Origin: the human T2T-CHM13v2.0 reference genome, Homo sapiens
DNA length: 64,000 nucleotides
Assembly (NCBI RefSeq): GCF_009914755.1
Contig: NC_060927.1
Strand: one strand, 5' to 3'
Below the pieces are notes generated by a model. That model did no database searches, was not told where the DNA came from, and saw nothing but the letters and a program-made list of their open reading frames with translations. Numbering within the stretch: the stretch's first letter is position 1; each line of letters starts with the position of its first letter. Shown piece after piece: positions 41,454 to 56,992 of this stretch. Made by a program: the position numbers and the translations under genes.

Positions 41454-42275
41454 CTGCAAAGAATGCACATAACTTTGGTATTTGTATTAATTTTTTACGT
41501 CTACATATATTATTTTCTTGATAAAATGCATGCACAAACAAAAGAAATTATAGAAAGAAGACGGTGTTGTAAATTGTGCATGCATTGTCTCCCAAATATT
41601 TTCCTACTTTTTAATTCTAGAAGATGACCAGATTCTAAATTAACTGAATTTCATTCAACAAATTGTTTATTAATGACTGTACTTTAACGGTTGATCCATG
41701 GATTTATTTTGTATTCTTTATATGTGTACGCTATAAAAGCTGATCATATTTCTGAATCAGTAAAGGAAGATAAGAACAACAAATGTAGCCAAATTATACA
41801 AGGAAGAAAGAAAGAAAGGGTGTGAAGAAAGCAGAGAAAGGGGAAAATACTAAAAAAATTAAATTAAAACTTAATTTAAGTATATATGATCTTGATAAAT
41901 GGAAACTTGTTCAATTCTCCCAGGTAAAAGAGAACGTATAGATCTTAAATTTAAAAACAAAAAGAAGTTTTATTCTGTTTACAAAAATATTTTTTAAATG
42001 AATCAAAATGTTAAAAAAATCCGACAACGATAAAGGGATTTTAACATATGCCAGGTACATTCTAATAAACATACCAAAAATTATATAAAGTGCATAGAGA
42101 AAACTTCCCTTCCAGGCTTGATACTTAATGTGCCAATTTTTCCCCTACCTTTCCCTGAAGAAAATAACAAGTGTCCTTAGTTTCTGGGTTATTCCTATAC
42201 GTTTGCACTACACATATAGAAACACGTATGCAAAAGATACATGTATAGATAAATATGTAGTATATAGCACAGTTT

Positions 42276-43008
42276 AGTAGTTCTCAAAATGTAATTAACG
42301 GAGCCTTGGGAATACCCATTACTCTTTCAGGAGTTTTTTTTTTTTTTTAAAATTTTTATTCTGTTTTAATTATATAGTGCGTAATTAAGGAAAGCACTAT
42401 TTTTCAAATAACCAATGGATGTTATTATAAACAATGTATGAGTAAAATATCCATTTGTGTGCAAGGTAAACCAATAAAATTCAACATAAAAGAGTACAAA
42501 CTTTTTGTAAATATGATTTTACATTGCAAATAACTTTCAGAAAATAATACTTGTCAACTTTTTATAATGTCAAGTAAAAATTTTTACAATTATCTGACCA
42601 AGTTATTAAAATACTATCTTTTCCAACTATATATTTTTTGTGAGGATATACTTTCTTACTACTCTTCAATCAAAACAACATATCACAACAGATTGAATGT
42701 AGAAACAAATATGAGTATCCAGTTATCTTCTCTCAAGCCAAAAACTAAAAATATTTTTAAATATGTAAAATAATACCACTCTGTCACTAATGTTTTATTT
42801 GGAAAATATAGAGTTTTAAAACAACTATTGTGTTAACATGTAACAGAAATATTATTGTTGCTTTTAAATTACTTAAAATTATATAATTTAAAATTTCTCA
42901 AATTTAATTTCTATTGTGATATATATTAGGAAAACAAAAGGTCTTTGGGTCTGCCATAATTTAAAAACTGTAAGGAGGACCTGAAACTAAAATGTTTGAA
43001 AGCCATCA
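42276..43008 (+). mobile_element. Charlie1-family hAT DNA transposon, internally deleted
   Basis: Termini tagtagttctcaaa ... gtttgaaagcca. ORF 42567 ends ...YIFCEDILSYYSSIKTTYHNRLNVETNMSIQLSSLKPK, a decayed hAT C-terminal dimerisation region. Confidence 0.85.
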
Positions 43009-43190
43009 GCATAGTGATTAAGAGCATGGTTTCCAGGGTCACATTTCTTGTTTTCACAAGCCAGCTTCACCATTTTCTAGTTAACTGGTTTTGGTTGTTA
43101 CTAAAGTTCTCTGTGTCATATCCTTGTCTGTTAACATGATAATAATAGAAGCTACCTGGTACTATAATTTGGGAGAAATTTCCCCTATGC

Positions 43191-43916
43191 TGTGATAGTT
43201 AATTTTATGTGTCAACTTAACTGAGTTAATTAACGACAACTGGTAAAATATTATTACTATTGAGTGTGTCTGCAAGGATGTTTCTGGAAGAGATTGGCAT
43301 TTGTATCAGTAGACTGAGTGAAGAAGATCTACACTCACTAATGTGAAAGTGCATCATTTAATCCATTGAGGGACAAAATAGAAAAAAAAAGCTAGAGGAA
43401 GGGTAAATTGTCTGTGTTTTCTTGAATTGGGACATCCATCTCCTCCTACCTTAGGACATGGGAGTTTCTAGTTTTCCCACCATAAGGCCTTAGAACTCCA
43501 AGACTTACACCAGAACCACCTCTTGCACCCCAAACATTCTCCCCTACCCCTATTCTCAGGCCTTTGGCCTTAGACTGAGTTGCACCATCAGTATTTCTGG
43601 TATTCCAGCTTACAGACAGCGTATCATGAGACTTCTTGGCCTCCATACTCGTGTGAGTCAATTCTCACAAGAAATTTATCCATCCATTAGTCTATTTATC
43701 TATCTATCTATCTATCTATCATCTATCATCTATCTATGTATCTCATCTATCTACTATCAATCAATTATCTATCTATCTATCTATCCATCTATTTATCTAC
43801 CTAGCTACCTACCTACCGACCTACCTACCTACCTACCTACCGACCTACCTACCTGTCTATCCATCCGTCCATCCATCCTATTTGTTCTGTTTCTCTGGAG
43901 AACTTCATCCAACACA
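43191..43916 (+). mobile_element. ERVL solo LTR, MLT2 family
   Basis: tgtgatagttaattttatgtgtcaactt ... gtttctggaagagattggcatttg ... ttctgtttctctggagaac...aca. Confidence 0.92.
43690..43880. repeat. Compound (TCTA)n(CCTA)n(TCCA)n tetranucleotide STR inside MLT2
   Basis: Direct inspection. Confidence 0.95.
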
Positions 43917-43959
43917 TGTGTGTAAAGTATTTTAATGGTACATGGCACAAAAAAATTGT

Positions 43960-44710
43960 AACTACAAAATCATGACTTCAGCTTAGATATTAGGAAAGTA
44001 TAAAAAGGATATATTAAAACCAAAGTAAGTTGAAGAAATTAAGCAATCAAAATAGAAGCAGAAGTTAATTAAATAAAACTGGGTAAATAGATGCATTTCA
44101 AAGGTGATTTTGTGAAAAGAAATAAAATTAATATACCTTTAGACAGAATGAAAAAAAGAAAAGAAACACAAATTAACAATATAAGAAATAAAACAGGGAG
44201 CAACACTTTGGATACCACAGATATTAAGACTAGTAAGAGAATATTAAAAACAACTTTATGTCAATAAATTTGATAACTTAAAAAAATATGTTTCTTGAAA
44301 TAGAAAGATTTATAACACTAACTAAAGAATTAGAAAAACCTTACTGGCTTTATATTAATATAAAATTAATGAATTTGCCACTATCATCCTCCTAACAAAG
44401 AAACCTCCCTGCCTATATGCCTTCAGTGGTGAATCCTGCAAATTACTTAAGGGAGAAACCATACCACTTTTTCATAATCTTTCAGCAAATAGGGGAAGAA
44501 AGAAGACTTATAAACTCATTTTATAAGGTCAATGCCAGCCTAAGGTCAAAATTAAATACATTACAAGACAAAAAAAAAAGAAAATTTCTCACCAAATTGA
44601 ATCCAACACTATAAATAAAAAAATATATAATACATTATAGCCAGGTGACATTTATTCCAGGAATAAAATATTATTTTAAATTCCAAATGTAAGTCAATAT
44701 AATTTCCCAT
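43960..44710 (+). mobile_element. Old L1M ORF2 fragment
   Basis: caaattaacaatataagaaat...cacagatatta...caactttatgtcaataaatttgataactta; actcattttataagg. Confidence 0.75.
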
Positions 44711-47414
44711 TTTGTACCCACAAAGGCCTTCAATATAAAGTGGGTTGAAGTGATGAGAGAGACTATTTGTTGTTTCTGATCTCAAGAATAATCATTCCAT
44801 ATTTGTTGAGGTCATGTTTGTGTATGGTGTGAGGAGAGCATCAAAGATTGTTTTTCATTTTTTAAAAATGTTTTTGAACACGAATATGTAATGGTCCTAG
44901 CACCATTCATTCAACAGACCATCTTTTTCCCCAACATATTTTTGTGGTGTCTCTGTAAAACTCAATTGGGTATTTGTGGGCTCTCAATTTGATCCCACTG
45001 ATCTATATGTCTATTATTATACCAGCACCACAGTGTCTTGATAACTGTACCTTTATTGTAAGTTTTAAAATTGGATACTGAAAGTCTTCCAATTGTGTTT
45101 CCTTCAAGAACATTTTACAATTTTCAGTGTAATAATATTACCCTTATTTTGTTCAATTTACTCCTGAGTACTGTATTATTTTTTATGATTTTTGTGAATA
45201 AAAATTTGTATTCCTAATTTCATCATTGTGTTGTTCATTGCTAGTGTGTAGAAATGTAATTCATATTTTATATTGAACTTGTATTCTATGACCCTGCTCT
45301 GTTTACTAGGTCTAATTGTTTGCATGTGTCTGTATTCCTTAGGATTTTCTACGTATGGAGATAATTCATCTGTTGCTTAAGTCAGATTTTTTATTCTTTT
45401 TCAATTCGTATGATTTTCTTTTCTTGATTGCTTTTGCTAAAATTCATGTTAAACAAAAAATGTAAAGATTCTCTTTAACATGTTCTTGTTCTTAGAGGGA
45501 TAGTATTTACTTATTCAACCAATAAGTAGATTTTTCACAGATGCTCTTTATCAGGTTAAAGAAATTTCCTTGTAGCATGTTTATCATCAATGCTGTTGAA
45601 TTTGGTCAAATTGTGAAACTTTTGAAATAAAAATGTAGCATTTTTCCTTTATTCAGTTAATATGGTGCATTATGTCAATTGATTTTTTTGATGATAAACC
45701 AACCTTATGTTTCTAGGATAAATATCACATGATCATGTTGTATAATCTTTTTTATAGGGTATAGCATTTGATTTGTCAACATTTTGTTGAAAATGTTTGC
45801 ATCTATGTTTATGAGGGATATTGATCTGTTTTTTTTTTCTATTCTTGTTATGTCTGACTGGCTTTGCTATGAGAATAATACTGGAATCAAAAGATTAAAA
45901 AATCTTCCTATTTTGTTTATGTCGTGAAAGTATTTTTGAGGAATTATTATTTTTTCTGTAAATGTTTTATACAATTTAGATACCCCACAGCTATCTGATA
46001 CTGTGGTTTTCCATGTGGAAAATTTTTAAATTACTGGTTCACTTAGTTACTTGTTATTGGTCTATACATATTTTCCTTTTATTAAATCAATTTTGATAAT
46101 TTGTGAATTTCCAAGATCTTATTTAATTCATGTAAGTTATAAAATTTATTATTCTAAATTTTTTCATAATATTCACTTGCAAATTATTCGCTTCTAAGAA
46201 ATCAGTTGGAATGCGTCCACTTTCAGGTGTAATTTTTGTTTTCTTGGTGAGTGCAGGTAAAGCTTTGTCATTGTTGTCAGATATTTTTAAAGAACCAACT
46301 TTTGGTTTTATTGATTTTCCCTATAATTTGCTATATTCTATTTTAAGCATGTGTTTATTCCTGTTCTAATCTGTATTAGTTCCTTTCTTCTAATTGCCAT
46401 CAGCTTATGTGTCATAATTGTGCTAGATTTCCTGAAGGTAGAAGCTTACAGAATTAATTTCATATTTTCTTCATTTCTAATTTTCTTGTAAGCATTGTTT
46501 GGCTGTATCTTAGAAATTTTAATATGTTACATTTTATTTTCATTTAGTTCAAACTATTTTATAATTCTCTTGTAATTTCTTTTTTGATACACTAATTATT
46601 TTAAAATGTACTTAATTTCCAAATGCTTATTAACTTACCAAATTTCAATCAATTGTTAATTTTTAATTTAGCATTTTGTGGTAGAGACCATATATTCTAT
46701 GATTTTTCTTCTTTTACATTTATTAGGACTTGTTCTAAGGCATAGATTATGGCCTATCTTGGTGAATGTTCCATGAACACTTTATATGAATCTATACTTT
46801 TCTGTTTTGGTGCTCACTGTTTTGTAGATGTCTTTTAGGTCAAGTTGGTTGATAGTTCTGTGCAAGTTTTCGAAATACTTGCTGATTTTCTGTCTAGTCA
46901 TTTTATCAATTATTGTGAATATATTATTGAAATATTCAAGTTTTTATTGCTAAATTTCCTGTTTTTCTTTTCAATTGTCAGTTTTAACTTCATATTTTGT
47001 GGGGCTCTGTTGTTGGATTCACATATGCTTATACTTCTGAACTCTTCCTTTTCACCACTATGTAATGCCCTTGGTCTCCAGTGATAATTACCACCTTAAT
47101 GTCTGTTCTTGTCTGATATTAGTATTGCTACTCTAGCTATGCTAATATTTTGTTACCGTCTGCTTGGCACATTTTTCACCATCCTTTTACCTTTAACATT
47201 TTTTTTTTTAATTTAAAGTGAGTTTCTTGTAGACAGCATATATTTGTTAGTTCTTTGAACCTATCTATAGCATCATCATCGTGAAACATTTTGGGCCCTC
47301 CTCAAGGCAGTTTCCGTTGAATTATTTTTATTTTCTCATCTATGATCTAAACTTTCCTATTCCTTTGCATGCCTTAACATTTTTCGTTGAAAACTGGACA
47401 ATATAATAATTTAA

Positions 47415-47873
<459 letters not shown>

Positions 47874-47998
47874 TAATGCTTGTGTTATCTATCATATGCA
47901 ACCACTGAAGTATCTGCTTGGTTGGGTTAGCTAATGAATGGTCATACATTTCCTTAAATTCCTTGTACCAATAAATACTCCACCTTAGCCAAGAGGTT

Positions 47999-48036
47999 GT
48001 GTGTGTGTGTGTGTGTGTGTGCGCGTGTGTGTGTGT
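47999..48036. repeat. (TG)n microsatellite with a CG interruption
   Basis: Direct inspection. Confidence 0.95.
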
Positions 48037-49465
48037 TAGGATATACTTTCATTTCTCAGGCAGTTTATAAATCTGCCTTAGCTTTCCCTTATTGCTTGCA
48101 CAGAGCCTAAAGTCAGCCAGCCAGAGGTAATTGAAGCATCTTACATCTTTCCTGGACAAGCAAATAGCAATATATATGCACACTGCCTCCTCTCTTCTAT
48201 ATCTCTAATAATATGTTAGAGTTTTACAAAGCCCCCTCTGGACATTTAATTCCTAGACCCATCTTTTGAACTTTGGCTAGGTTTTTGTTTGCTCCAACTG
48301 GTATCACAGCTTTTGGCAGTTAATCAATTGAAACTGATTGTTTTTAGCGAATGTCCAAGGATAGGACCTTTCCTATAGAGAGTCAAGTCACATTTTGAAA
48401 ATAGGGCTTTCCAAGGGACTGTAAAATAGATCATGTAGTAACAATGGTCTGGGAACAGGGCTTTATAAGGAGCTCCAAACCCGTGTGTTTCCTCCAATGG
48501 CTGTTAAGATTGCTAATTTTCACCAGAATCTATTGGTCTTCAAGACTACCATAAAACAGGGTGAGGGGATAAGGGTAGGCCAAGTTAAATGTTTTAAGAC
48601 CCATCATTCTTACTGAGGTTCAATAGTTTTTCTTGAATTTTTTTTAAAGATTCTTACAGACTTTGAGTTAATTTTCAGAATTCTGAAATAGTAGATTTTA
48701 ATTTTTTTTAGTACTTTCATTGCTTTTGTTGAGAAGTAGAGTTCTGGGGGTCCATTATCCAAAAGTGTGACCTCCCACTTTAACATTTAATATAATTACC
48801 AATATGATTGAATTTATATCTACCATTAGGCTTTTTCTCATTTATTCTTTGTTAATGTTTTTCTCATTTTCTGATTTATTTTGTCTTAATTAGAAAAAAA
48901 TCTTTGTCTCATAAATATGAAATATATATACTCTACAAGTAAAAAATGCTCTATTTATAAGACTAATTTCTGGATCTATTCTCACCCATGTGCCCAAATT
49001 GACAGGTACAAAAATATTCATTAAATTAATGTTTGAAATTTTAAATAATACTAAAAACTAAATTTCAATTGACAGGAGAATAAATAAAGGTGATTTAATT
49101 GTGAAACAGCTTACAGTCCAGTAGTGAGAACGAATGAACACAGATACATTTTGAAATTGCAATGTGAAGGAGAGGAAAAGAATCCTGATATCTTGGATAC
49201 TTCAGAGACAACACTGTTACATGTCTTCCTAGAGCCGGGGCTGTTCTCATTGGCAGATATTTTTACTTAGCTGCTTTTGCCTAAGCCCAGATGCCCTTTT
49301 CATTTCATCTGCAAAAGCAACATGGAATAAAACAAAGGTATACTACTTCTCCTGCAGTTTAAAACTGTGTATCCAAACAGACATTAGCCCTTCAATATAG
49401 CTCCTTGGGATGATGAGGGCTCAGAGACTGTATATCTTACCTCACTGATTATCTTTGGCGAGAAC

Positions 49466-50318
49466 TGTAAAGGCTCTAAGATTTTACCTTCCTTGCAAGC
49501 TAAATTTTAACCTGCTACAATTTCATGAATTTTGATACATGGTCCTGAATCATACAAAAAGGAATTTTTACTCCAATCAGTAGTAGAATCCTGAACGTCA
49601 GCAGATTTACACCCTAATTTCCACAGGGTAGCTTGAATTGATCCAGATTATACCTGCTCACATAAAGATTATGTTATGGGAGAGAAACCCTGAGCTTATG
49701 AAACCCGATATGTTTTTTTTAATGGGCAGTAAGCATCCCTACACTTCGCACCAGATGGAGATGTTATCTTGATTAAACTGGACAGTGACTATGGCTGCAC
49801 TTTTACTTTGGAAAATGGCACTATTTTTATTTTCCAAGCCAGTATGAAAACCTGTCCTTTGCACCAAAGAGAGAAGTTTTTATTATGTTCCAAGGTTGTA
49901 CACTCGAGCAACTTTTCTTTTTTTCTTTTTTTTTACAGGGTTTCACTCTGTCACCCAGGCTGGAGTGCGGTGGCAGCATTCTCAGCTCACTGCAGCCTTG
50001 ACCTCCTGGGCTCAGGTGAGCTACTCAGCCTCCCTAGTAGCTGGAACTGCAGGCATGCATCCTCACACTGTACTAATTTTTGTATTTGTATAGAGACAAG
50101 GTTTTGCCATGTTACCCAGGCTGGTATTTTATTAAACTCCTGAGCCCAAGTGATCAACCTGCATTGGTCTCCCAAAGTGCTGGAATTACAGGCATGAGCC
50201 ACTGCCCCTGGCTTATAGCAATATTTTTGAAAAGATATTCCAAAAGAAAGAACAGCCAGTGATTTGTTAACAAGACATGCAGAAATCTAAGAGACACAAG
50301 AAGCATTGTCTACCAATA
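49466..50318 (-). mobile_element. ERVL solo LTR (MER54/MER74/LTR53 group), interrupted by an AluJ
   Basis: tgtaaaggctctaagattttaccttccttgcaagctaa...cctgctacaatttcatg; ggagatgttatct; other end caagacatgcagaaat...gagac...attgtctaccaata. Confidence 0.72.
49912..50213 (-). mobile_element. AluJ
   Basis: gctcactgcagccttgacctcctgggctca; ctcccaaagtgctggaattacaggcatgagccac. Confidence 0.92.
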
Positions 50319-52346
50319 TTCTGCAAGTCACTTTTGTCAATAAGGTCTCCTTGTTTTCCCTTCATAGCTTGCTGCTTTGATGTATGCATTCTCTCATCAC
50401 TCTTCAAGTACCGAGTTAAAATATTTTACAAAGGAATATGTATTGCCTACTTCCACTTATCTAAACTTCAATACGTCATGAAATAAACAACATATTAATG
50501 AGGGAAAACAATTCGATATAAAACAATAAATAACAACAAACAAAAGACAAAAGTTTCAAGGTATCCCTACCCACTGAGGAGAAGTAGGTATATATAATCA
50601 GATTAATTTACCAAAATCCTGTACATTTATGTATATGATTAGTAATATTCTATACTTAAACTAAACACTTAGATAGATTTTCTACTGAGAAAAGTTAGAA
50701 ACCTCATTTTATATATACTTATCAATATTTAATAAAATGATCTAATTTCTATTTTAATTAAAAAAGATTTTTACAGTACTACTGTCTAGAAGATTTTTTA
50801 TTTTAATTTAAGAAGTGAAACGTATGGATTTAATTTGCCTGAATATAGTGAGATCAATTTTATTCTATGGTCACAATCTATACTCCCAACATTTAATTTG
50901 GTTTTACCAAATTCACACTAGTAATCATAAAAGGAGATAGTAATAAACCTGCTTATCTGGTAAAACTTTAGTGTACCTGTGGAGTTGCTGGTGTTGCCTG
51001 TAATCCGTGACTATGAGGTATCCTACATAGGTCAAACTGCTCCACAAATTATTACCTATTATAAAACCAACACAAATATTTTCCACTAACAAGGAGCAGA
51101 AGAATGTTACAAAGGGCATGTGATTCTGTTTTAGTAAAGCATGATTCTAATTGGAGTACTATCATTGAGAAATAATCTATTTCCCTGTCTCTTAATCACA
51201 ACATCTGTAAATTATGAAAATTAAACCTAAGTCTGTAGAACTAAAGCATTTCAGGATTTTATGATTGTGCCTCTGAGGTATAGAACAATGAGAGTTAGAA
51301 CCAATTTTTCAGAATTAATGATGGTATATTGAGACTATTTTTAAGTTTTTTGCCAACTTATCAACTTATCTTCATACACTTTGTTTTACAATGAAATTAT
51401 CTAAAAGTCAATTACATTAAGTCTGTACTAAATTTATTAAAAAACACCAAAAATACATCATTTCCTTATTTTCTATTATGTCCCTTCCCCTTCATGTTTA
51501 TGTATGAGTTTCCTCTTGCTTTCAGAAAACACTTTGCAGTTTCAGTACATCCTTAGGCATCCAAAGACTCTTGGGATGAAAGAAACCATGATAGCCGGGC
51601 TCTTGGCATTTAAGAAATAAAAGAAATACCTACTATATGGCTTTATGACAAGTTTTAGGAGACTTATTGCGGTATATTTACAGTAAAATCACACCGAAAG
51701 TAGCAACATACTTGAAATCATTGGTAAGGCAGTCTGAAATTTTGTTAATGCAGATATTGCAAAAATTTTACAATGAAACGGTTGAAAAGATTCAAAGTCT
51801 CTCTGGTCTTAATATCTGACTTTGGAAAAAACACCATTCGAAATGGAATTTATATAATTATTTTGAAAATCAATAGAATGTATGTGTTTTAAAACACATC
51901 TTATCTGTAAAAATATAAGTACTCAGTAATCAATAGCTACTATTCTTTTTTCACATTTCAAAAACTGTGGCTATCAGCAGAAAATTAAGCGAGGCAGATG
52001 AGATCACAAATGCTTGTGTGTTTCTGTATGTGATTTCTGAGAAGAATAAAAATATGTTTGAAGACACACGTAAGAGCAATAAAATTAGAAAAAAAATCTG
52101 TGCGATGACTGACGTGCCTTAGCTTCAGCAGCTTTTAATTAGAGCATGTTCTACACATTTTAGATTTGATACTGAAAGCAAGTAATATATTCCAACACAT
52201 TGATGGCATAAGAGATATTAGTTTTGTATTCTACACTTGGTTGATTAGAATAGATTCGCTAACCTCACCTTTTTATTTACCCAAACAAATGTTACCTAGT
52301 GAAAAATCAGCATATATAGATGATATCTAGGGGTAACTGCTGTTAA

Positions 52347-52662
<316 letters not shown>

Positions 52663-53489
52663 CCATTAAGTCTTAAATAATGTCATTGCTTCAAGTTCTT
52701 AGTTTATGAAGCAGGCACAGTATCAAAGTCAGCCAGAATATAGAATTTTGCAAATTTGGTGAAAGGATTTGATTGTTTAATATGTTTAATTAAATTGCAT
52801 GGGTTCTTTGTATCTCATTTGAAAGACAAATATATTTCTATTTTATTTTTGCACTCTTTGGCAAAACATAGTGATGAAACATATGTTGTACTCATCAAAA
52901 TGGAAAAACTAAGAAGAACAAACAAAAGTCCATAGTCCTAGGTTTTTAATAATTAAGCATTGTTTAATCATCATATTTACAAGTAGAAAGATTTTAAGTT
53001 TTTAGAATGAAAGAAAAGTTGTTTTCCAAATATTTTCTGTTCAAATCTTAATGATACATGCAAAGTCCATTTAGTGTACTGCGGACTAATTAATTCCCTT
53101 TAAAATTTTAGTGTTAAATTACAGCTTTTATTTAATTGTGGAACAATAATTCAGACACAAAACAAATTTTAATAGTTTATTATCCATGGCCTAGGTCATC
53201 TCAATCACAGATTAATATGAAGGATAACTAGAGCTTGACATTGTCAGTAACATTTCTGAAAATTTACATTTGTCAGAATTTAATTCACATCAACATTCTA
53301 CTTGTGCAAAGATAAACCTACTGCGAAGAAAAAACATTACTAAGCTGTGACATTTCTAAGATGACCCTGCTTTCACCTGGTTATATAGGTTCCACAGCTA
53401 GAAAGGCCTGTGGAGTTTACGTAGTCTTCCAAACTATAGATTTGGAAAACAAGGAGAAAACAGGCAAATTATCAGTTTAAGTCTCTGTA

Positions 53490-53716
53490 TTCTGAGAACT
53501 AGGCCCAGAAAAAGTGTTGAAACCTGTTTCTCATTCTCTTTAGCTGTATGGTCTTTGGCAAAATATCTGAACTTTTTAAGTGTTAATTACTTCATTAGTG
53601 AAATGAAGACAAGAGATTTTAACTGAAAGCATATAGGGACTATTAATGGAGATAATGTTTATAAAGCACTTACAACATTACCTGGGCATCGTAAACACTC
53701 AATAAATGCAAGTTTC
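53490..53716 (+). mobile_element. MIR
   Basis: tagctgtatggtctttggcaa ... gagataatgtttataaagcactta ... taaacactcaataaatg. Confidence 0.8.
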
Positions 53717-53807
53717 TAAAAGCCACGTGCACATACAACTTTATCAGACCTTCTTTAAATTATGTGACACTCCTTATTTCTTGATAAAAGATAAGGCACA
53801 GATTAGA

Positions 53808-53959
53808 GCACCATTTCTCAAACTTTAATGCTGATCTCTTTAAAAATGAAGATTCTAATTCATTTTGACGGTGGTGGAAACCTGAGTTACTTTGTTTCTA
53901 ATAAGTTAACTGGTAATGTTGATACCTCTAGTCCCGGGACCACGCTTTAAGGAGCAAGG
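53808..53959. mobile_element. MER5A1/MER5B hAT MITE
   Basis: tttctcaaactttaatg ... agattctaattca ... tttctaataag ... gggaccacgctttaaggagcaagg. Confidence 0.75.
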
Positions 53960-54768
53960 CATTCGAGTTTACTATGTTTTAAAATGTGCATTAATTACAG
54001 AGAGCCCCATAGTTCACAGGCAAATGCCCTGGTATCCTGTAAAATGATCCATTTGAAGGATGCTTAAAGATTATGGGAGGTGATATGAGTTGTGGAAAGC
54101 AAAGGACTAACTTTTGCTTTCTTCTCAGTTTCAGATTACTTCTTCTATGGATGCTGTGGGGATATTCCAAAAATCTGCTCTCTATGGATGGATGGCAGTG
54201 TGTTATTTGGCAAGGATTTTTTACTGCAATTCCTCCCATGCTCTGTAGGTATGCCAAAATAAAGAAAATAAAACCACTTTTAACTGACAAAGTCTGGCTT
54301 ACTTGTAGAAAATATTTTGGAATGTGTTTTAGACTTTTGAATGTCTAAACACTTTTTTCACCAAAAAAAATTATTTAAAAAACAATCTATATCCAGGAGC
54401 TGTCAATTGTTTGTCACAGACAAAATCATTCTACACAGAACAGTAAAACACATTTCATATCATATAAATTTAATTATGCTAAATTTAATTTAATTTACTT
54501 TACATGTGGACAGGCTCAATTTTATTCCACATAGAAAAAAATATTTGAACTTAACTATTTCAGGGAAGCATTTCTAACAACATTTGGTTCAAATGTTATT
54601 TTTTAGAAAATTATTTCCTGTGGTGTTTGTATAATCAGATATCTAGAACCTGCTAGTTTGATATAGCCTAAGGAGTTTAGCCTTCCTGTTCACCTCTCTT
54701 CTCCCAACCAGCAGTAGAAACACAGAGACCAAAGCATAAAGAATTTCAGGGTTTGGGCTGCTTTTTGA

Positions 54769-55100
<332 letters not shown>

Positions 55101-55269
55101 CAGAGCATTTCTTTTTATTTACAACTTCAGAAGAAAAATCAAACAAAAGCAAAAGAATAGAAAAACAGAGAAACATTCCATAAGCTTGCATTGTCAATCA
55201 TGGAATTTAGAGCTGATAAGAACAGAGATTTATTCTCCTCTCCCACTGCATAGACGAGTTTCCACTGTA

Positions 55270-55375
55270 GTAACATGTAAGCTTTATGAGGGCAGAGATA
55301 TTGTCCTGTCCACTGATAAATTATTCATAGAGAAGATAGTGCCTAGAAAACAATATTTGTTGGATGAATAAATGT
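55270..55375 (+). mobile_element. L2 3' end
   Basis: atgtaagctttatgagggcagaga ... atagtgcctag ... atatttgttggatgaataaat. Confidence 0.75.
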
Positions 55376-56992
55376 TCATTCAGGAACAACTAGAAAAACA
55401 AAAGCCCATACAAGGAATGAAAAATGACAAATACACAGACCATGAAAAGTAAACTTATGTAAACTGTGACACAGGTTTGAATGACCCTCATTTGAAGAAG
55501 ATATTTTATAAACTCTAACAACTAAGAGTGAATATTATTAAAAAGTGATTTTATTTCAGCACAGTCATTTCCTATAAATAAATGTATCTAAGGTACATCA
55601 TAGGGAGGCCTATTAACATTTGTAACAAAAATTTAGATACATTTATTATTTAATTCATGTAACTGAAAGAAAACGTGTGCCTTTAAATGTAAAACCATAT
55701 AGCCCAATAGCTGAAATTTATTATAATTCTTTTTATATTAATATACATAATTCCATTATAACAAAAATTTGGATATGTCAAATGTTGCAATAAAAATATG
55801 AGAACTCTAAAAATACTGGACTGTCATTTCCTAAAAAATACCTTCATTGAACTTTTTCTCAAAAGACATCCACTTTCCTATGCTTTGCTATAGTATTGAT
55901 TGATTGCTTTGAAACACGCACACATTCTCCATAGGCATACTTGGTGTTCAACTGCAAGATTGACAGTAAGTAAAGTCTGAAGTCCCTGACTGTAAAACTG
56001 AGGCATTTAGTTTTTCCAAGCTGATTTAGGTCTAAAGTGTAGCTCCTTTAATACTATGGTATAACCAACTGTAGTAAATTGTTAGACACAATGGTTAACA
56101 CAGGTATAGAAATAGTTTGTAAGATTAATACTCTTATATTAATCATAATGATGATCATCATTGTCCTGATCAGAATTGTGATAGTTATGAGTTGGTCATT
56201 TAATTGTGACTGTGATCTTTCAATATAACTCCTAATGGAGTAACTGACTGTTTTATAAGACACAAGGAGAAGCTGACCTCCATTGTCTTTTCTATCAAAA
56301 AATGCGTATTCATTCACATGCATTGCAGGGATATAATTGTTAGGAGAATAATTCAAGACTTGACAATTTCCATGACAAATTTCCTAGCCTTCTAGTCTTT
56401 TTTCCTTCGCACACTGCCCTATCAAAAAAATTCCTTCATTTTTAATCCATAACTAGTGCACAATGTCAGTGAAACCAAATGTCTATGTTGCTAATATTGT
56501 ATTTTCTTCTAAAAGGGACAATTTTGTAACACATTTGTAATTTTGACCTTGATATCAGTGATTGTAAATGCTATATCAATATGGTTCAACAGCCAAAATG
56601 AATATGGATGTAATAAAAAGGTGAAAAATTGAACACATCAATGTTTCCCTTAAGTATTTATGTCAATTTTCAAAATTTTTAACTCTTTCACCAGTCCTTA
56701 TCTTTTGCATATCTTCTACTCAATTTGTTTCTTTGCTTCTTTTCTTCTCTAAACTCAATGGCCAATTATTTATTGGGTGCTATTGTTCCAGTAATTTCCA
56801 TTACTATAAATATAGCCCATATGCTATTTATCACTCTTAAGCTTCTCATCAACCTATTCTATCCCATACGTATCTCTCTGGACAAATTCTCTTACATTAT
56901 TTTTTAAACCAGAAACATAAGGTAATATCAATACTAATATTCCACCACATTATACTGGGAAGTAAAAAGGAAAATAAATAAACTACCTGTTA

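Larger units (their letters stand above)
43009..43950 (+). mobile_element. MIR interrupted by an MLT2 LTR
   Basis: gcatagtgattaagagcatgg...tctctgtgtc...ataataatag before the LTR; tgtaaagtattt...catggcaca after it. Confidence 0.7.

Noticed and set aside
42567-42773. Transposase-like ORF as a domesticated gene
   Set aside because: Only a short, frameshifted C-terminal remnant within a deleted Charlie1 copy.
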